Shown: one piece after another, positions 58,640 through 64,000 of the stretch | Layout of the letters: the number at the start of each line of letters is the position of its first letter | Numbering within the stretch: the stretch's first letter is position 1 | From: the human T2T-CHM13v2.0 reference genome, Homo sapiens | Assembly (NCBI RefSeq): GCF_009914755.1 | Contig: NC_060943.1 | DNA: 64,000 nt | Strand: one strand, 5' to 3' | Position numbers and translations under genes: made by a program | Notes under the pieces: model-generated | The model's input: only the letters and a program-made list of their open reading frames with translations | The model's database searches: none | What the model was told of the DNA's origin: nothing

Positions 58640-60981
58640 TGCCCCTCACTGTTAGAAAGACCCTGAATTCCCTCCCGATGCTACTAGGGTAAAAGCCATG
58701 TTCTTATGCTCATTTCTCTAAGGAAATGCAAATAGAGTTTATTAAGGCGTTTCTGGCCAACTAAGGTGGATTTTGTCATGTAGACACAATATAGACCATA
58801 ATACATGTACATATGCAAAAACACACCTAAACACATATCCACAAACAAATAAAAATCTTACAGCTTTCATTTTAGAATTTTAGTGATGAGATAGTAATAC
58901 AAACTCACTAGTTGATTAAAGTCAACTGGATCCAATTGTATTTCTGACAAATTGGAATCGTTAACATGGATAAACTTTATTTGCCCCTATAGGTAATATA
59001 ATGAAGGCTGGGGGAAATATTTTGGGTAAAGCAGTTTCTAATGGCAGTGTAACTTATAAACAAATAAACAAATGAAACCTCTACAGTTTCAGCATCTTTT
59101 TTTTTTCTGTTTCACATGAGTTTAGGATTAAATTTTCAATTGCTTACACTTTAGCTAGAACTGGCTGAATTGTATAAGAAAAAAAAATCTCCAACTAGCC
59201 TTAAACTAGATTTTTTGTGTGGGTTGGAGGGGGGCGGGTGGTGGTGATGTGGTTTGCTTGATTAACAAATGTGGATGAGGAAGGATTTTAGCTTTTTTTC
59301 CTGGCTTTTTCTTTTTTGCCTCTGCATGGCAAAAGAAGAAAAAAGTTTATGTCGGACAGAGACACCTTAAATTATTGCTCTGAGTTCAAGATTTTGACCT
59401 GTATGATCTGAGAGCCTAACTTTTATAACCATGTATTTTTTTAATTATTGATTTTTAATTGTGCTCCATTATAAGCAATTATTAGTTAGACAAACTTAAA
59501 TTTACATTTCCTAAAGGTGTCTAAGTTGTTTCTTATCATGGAGTTGTTTAATTTGTAAAGCCATTAATTTTAAAGCCCTTCAAGATTTCTTTTTTAAAAC
59601 TCTGGGCTAGAATGCCATAAGCAGTGAGTTTTATCTCAACACCAGTAGAAAAGTCAGCAGATTCAAAGTAGGTAGAGAAAAAAAAATAGAGAATTTAGAA
59701 GACTCTACATTTCCACCCTATAGATGCAGGGCTTTTTAAAACAGGTTGAATGATGATCATTGAGTACTGAATTTTCCTTGATGTAATTTTGCTCATAAAC
59801 TTTAAAATGTGCACAAGAAAGAACCATAAAATGTAGCCAGCTGGAGCCCCAGAAAACCTGGCATGCCTTAATGCTTGAGAGCCCCATTCCATTTCTTATT
59901 AATCTCTTGAAAGTGAAGAAAATTTTACAAATCCTGCCAGAGAATGTCAGGCATTTGTACCAGTGTTTTAGATGGTGGCAACCACGCTAGTGGCTGTTAA
60001 TTAGCCATTTTGTGCCCGTCATTTAGAATGTCTATTTTTTTGTGTTCTGGGATGATTTTCAGAAGCAAGCAAGGGGAAAAGAGTCAAACCAAATAAAAAG
60101 AAATCCAGATAAGAGCATTCACAAGAATTTTAACCCAGGCATGCAGATTTTTAAAGTATTTAAATTAGGCACACAGGCCAAAATGGAAGTAAATTCACCA
60201 GAATAGACTTGCCTCACAGGCAGAATGTAAATTTTGTAGAATCCAGAGTACGTGATCTAGAAAGATATACGCCTTTCTCTCAGAAAGGACTTGCTAGAAA
60301 AGACAAAAAGTTTTTTTTTTTTTATCATCCCAGGAGAAATGTATGGTCTTTTACTAAGGCAGCCTTATCCAAATCAGATTCCAAATAAAGTCAAGAGCTT
60401 CTACCAAAAAGAGGCTCTGCTTGAGCAAAGACTTGTCAGGGCAGGAAAGGTGAGTGTGGAAGCAGAGAGCTCAAACTTCTCAAGTGAGTAGTGCACACTG
60501 GTTCAAAGATCACAGATTTCTTCTGATAGTGATCTTTCCCAGATCCCACTTCTGACACCATATATGGTAACAAACAGAGTGAGGCTTTCTATGAGAAACT
60601 GATGTTTATTTGGGAGTAGCACATTTCAATGGAAATGCATGTGCCATAGTAAAATGATCTACATATTCGAGTTTTTAAAGGAAAAAATTGGGATTATTAT
60701 CTAGTCATTTTGAAAAAAAAAAAAAAACTAGCTACAAAGATCAATAGCCAGAATGATGCCACTGTGAGGTTCTATAGGCAGTTGCTGGGCAGATGTCCTT
60801 GCAGAAGTAGTTTTCATATAAGGTTGTGATGGCCTTTGTATAAACTTGTGGCTTTTGCAGAGTCTTTTGTGATAGTTTTGTTATCAGGCATGAGGATCCT
60901 CTCTTCATGGTCTTCTCTGGCTCTATTTGTCAGAGTTTTTTTTCACACTAGTGACTCATTTTGACTCTGACAACTTTCACA
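58640..60981 (-). mobile_element. ERV1 MER4-group element: LTR 60563-60981 (MER65-like), tRNA-Leu PBS 60543-60560, internal sequence
   Basis: - strand TGTGAAAGTTGTCAGAGTCAAAATGAGTCAC LTR start; PBS TGGTGTCAGAAGTGGGAT. Confidence 0.7.
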
Positions 60982-61597
60982 TCTGTTAATACTTAAAGAA
61001 TAAATAAAATTAAAAAGACTGAAGTCTAGTAGAAAAGTAGGCAAATATATAAACAGTTTACAGAAGAAAAAACAATTTGAATGATTCGTAGACATATGAA
61101 CAAAATACCCGCACACATGCAGGAGAAACGGACATTGATATTATCCTGGAAAGGTGAGGATCATAATATGGCCCAGTGGTTTTAAATGCTGAAAAATTCC
61201 ATTTGATAACACAACGTGTGGGAAGAACTTTGGTAAAAATTGTACTTCCTAACTTTGTTGGGTGACATGAAAATTTGTACCAACTGTGTGGCATCAAATT
61301 TGTCAACACTTATCAAAATTTAACATATGCATTCTCTTTGCCTCCCAAACTGCACTGCAAGGAATTTATCACACACTCATGAAAAATGACACCTAATCAC
61401 GGTTTCTCATGGCAGTGATGGCTTAACAGCAAAATACTGAAAACAACCTACATTTACATTAGCATAGTTAAACAGGTTATATACATTTACACAATGGAAT
61501 ATGAGGCAGATATGTAACCAACAGGGAATTGTTTTAGCCACTGATGCGGAAACTCCTCCGTAGTGTTTTTAAATTATATGGCATAAACAACATATAG

Positions 61598-61952
<355 letters not shown>

Positions 61953-62097
61953 TAGAGTTGAGTTCATATGTATTTATTCTATAACTTTTGTTTTTTAACT
62001 TAATACTTCTGTATTTGGGGTATTTTTTTCTATTGTCCACTTTTCTGGTGTGTTTCCATCCATTGTTTTTGACTGATTCACTTCTTTGACTTAATGA

Positions 62098-62408
<311 letters not shown>

Positions 62409-62780
62409 CCCATGATATAGTATCTTTTTCCTTTAATGTTATCTCCTACATCTCATCACAAACATTTATGTATACTTCACAATTACCTTCTGGTTCCCAA
62501 ATTATGACTCTTGCACAGTGAGGATTCTTCGAGATCTCTCCCTGTTTTCAGCACTCCCTGAAATGTTTTCAAAGCTTCCTTTATATTGACATTTATGGAT
62601 ATTTTGAGCTAGTACAGATTTCTCCTACTCCAAGATATGGATTCACCTGTGCCTCCAGGAGCACTGGCTCGTCTAATAAAAATAAGAATTAGAAAATAAA
62701 TCATATCACAGACCACAAACTGGACCCATGGGGTGAATTTTAATTGTTTTCCATGAATACAATTGCAGAGAGGATAATAT

Positions 62781-63215
62781 TGTTACCAGTGGAAGGTGTC
62801 CAGGTTCTTGGTGTATTGGACAAAACGCACAAACAAGGCAATAAAAGAATGAAGCAAAAAACACAGATTCATTTAAATGAAAGTACACTCCACAGAGTAG
62901 AAGTGGCCTCAAGCAAGCAGCTCAAGAGTGCTGGTTATAGAATTTTCTGGAGTTTAAATATGCTCTAGAGGTTTCCCATTGGCTACTTGGCTTACTCCCT
63001 ATGTAAATAAAGTAGTGGCCTGCAATCAGTCTGATTGGTCGTGGAAGGCAACCAATCAGAGGCTGAAGTGAAGTTACAAAGTTACATCCCTATGCAAATG
63101 AAGACTAGACCCTTGACCAGTCTGATTGTTGCAGGAGGGGACCAATCAGAAGTACTTTCCATTTCTCATCTGCAATGCAGAAAAAGGTGGGGTTGTAAAG
63201 GGTGTACCCTCTGTC
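62781..63215. mobile_element. MER51-like ERV1 LTR fragment
   Basis: TGTTACCAGTGGAAGGTGTCCAGGTTCTTGG start; repeated CCAATCAG boxes. Confidence 0.65.
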
Positions 63216-63526
63216 CTTTTGTTCTTGGGCTTGGGAAGTCGAGGTTGCTTTAGAGTGGTCAAAGGGCAGGGCTGGGGCAGACCCCAGGGGCAGTATGGAG
63301 GCCCCCCAGTATGTGTCCTGGAGGAGCCGAGCTCTCACACTCGGAATCTGTCCATCCCTGAGTTAGCACCCAGTTGCCTGGAACCCCCTCCTCCCCACAA
63401 CGACCCCATGACCTGTGCAGAGTGGGTGCCCTCAGCACCTGCAGCCTCTCCCTATCCTGATAGCAGCCATTTTTCTTATTTTCTCAATAACTCAGGAGGA
63501 CACACCCTCACCTGTGGACCTAGCTC

Positions 63527-64000
63527 TTTTTTTTTTTTTTTTCAAATTATACTTGAAGGTCTGGAATACATGTGCAGAATGTGCAGTTTTGTTACATAGG
63601 TGTACATGTGCCATGGTGATTTGCTGCACCTGTCAACCTGTCATCTACATTAGGTATTTCTCTAATGCTGTTCCTCCCCTTACCCCTGAGCCCCCCAACA
63701 GGCCTCGGTGTGTGATGTTCCCCTCCCTGTGTCTATGTGTTCTCAATATTCACTGAGAGACCTCTGTTCTGTTCCATTGGTCTATCTGTTTTGGTACCAG
63801 TACCATGCTCTTTTGGTTACTGTAGCCTTGTAGTATAGTTTGAAGTCAGGTAGCATGATGCCTCCAGCTTTGATCTTTTTGCTTAGCATTCTCTTGGCAA
63901 TATGGGCTCTTTTTTGGTTCCGTATGAACTTTAGAGTAGTTTTTTCTAATTCCATGAAGAAAGTCAATGGTAGCTTGACGAGAATAGCATTGAATCTATA
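63527..64000 (-). mobile_element. L1PA-type 3' end with an internal deletion near 63750; continues past the window
   Basis: poly(T), L1PA 3' UTR, then a jump to ORF2 ([23 protein letters not shown]). Confidence 0.9.

Noticed and set aside
60543-60560. tRNA-like sequences here and at 43128-43141
   Set aside because: Only the 3'-terminal 14-18 nt including CCA, adjacent to LTRs; these are primer-binding sites, not tRNA genes.

Overview
Human (primate) genomic DNA from the CEACAM cluster (recognised as 19q13.2). The window holds three CEA-family units. (1) CEACAM21 on the + strand: 6 coding exons, join 6027..6090,6952..7311,9105..9380,14099..14195,15195..15247,15592..15623 = 882 nt, 293 aa. (2) A disabled CEACAM pseudogene (leader, N and A exons, ~29.0-35.0 kb, probably CEACAMP3) that ends at a DNAJC19 retrocopy. 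(3) CEACAM4 on the - strand: 7 coding exons, 735 nt, 244 aa, with an ITAM tail. CEACAM21 and CEACAM4 are tail-to-tail inverted paralogs with ~4 kb of shared 3' flank. The rest is mostly Alu, L1, LTR/ERV, MER and microsatellite sequence, and nearly all ORFs in the six-frame track are spurious. I found no evidence of a wholly new system. The most interesting signals come from comparing the paralogs: a complete, open ITAM tail behind a single TCG>TAG stop in CEACAM21; loss of the IgC exon in CEACAM4 where an L1 now sits; a conserved in-frame 15-nt cryptic microexon; and a templated insertion plus an internal inversion in the pseudogene. Repeat subfamily names are from memory of consensus sequences, and repeat boundaries are approximate.
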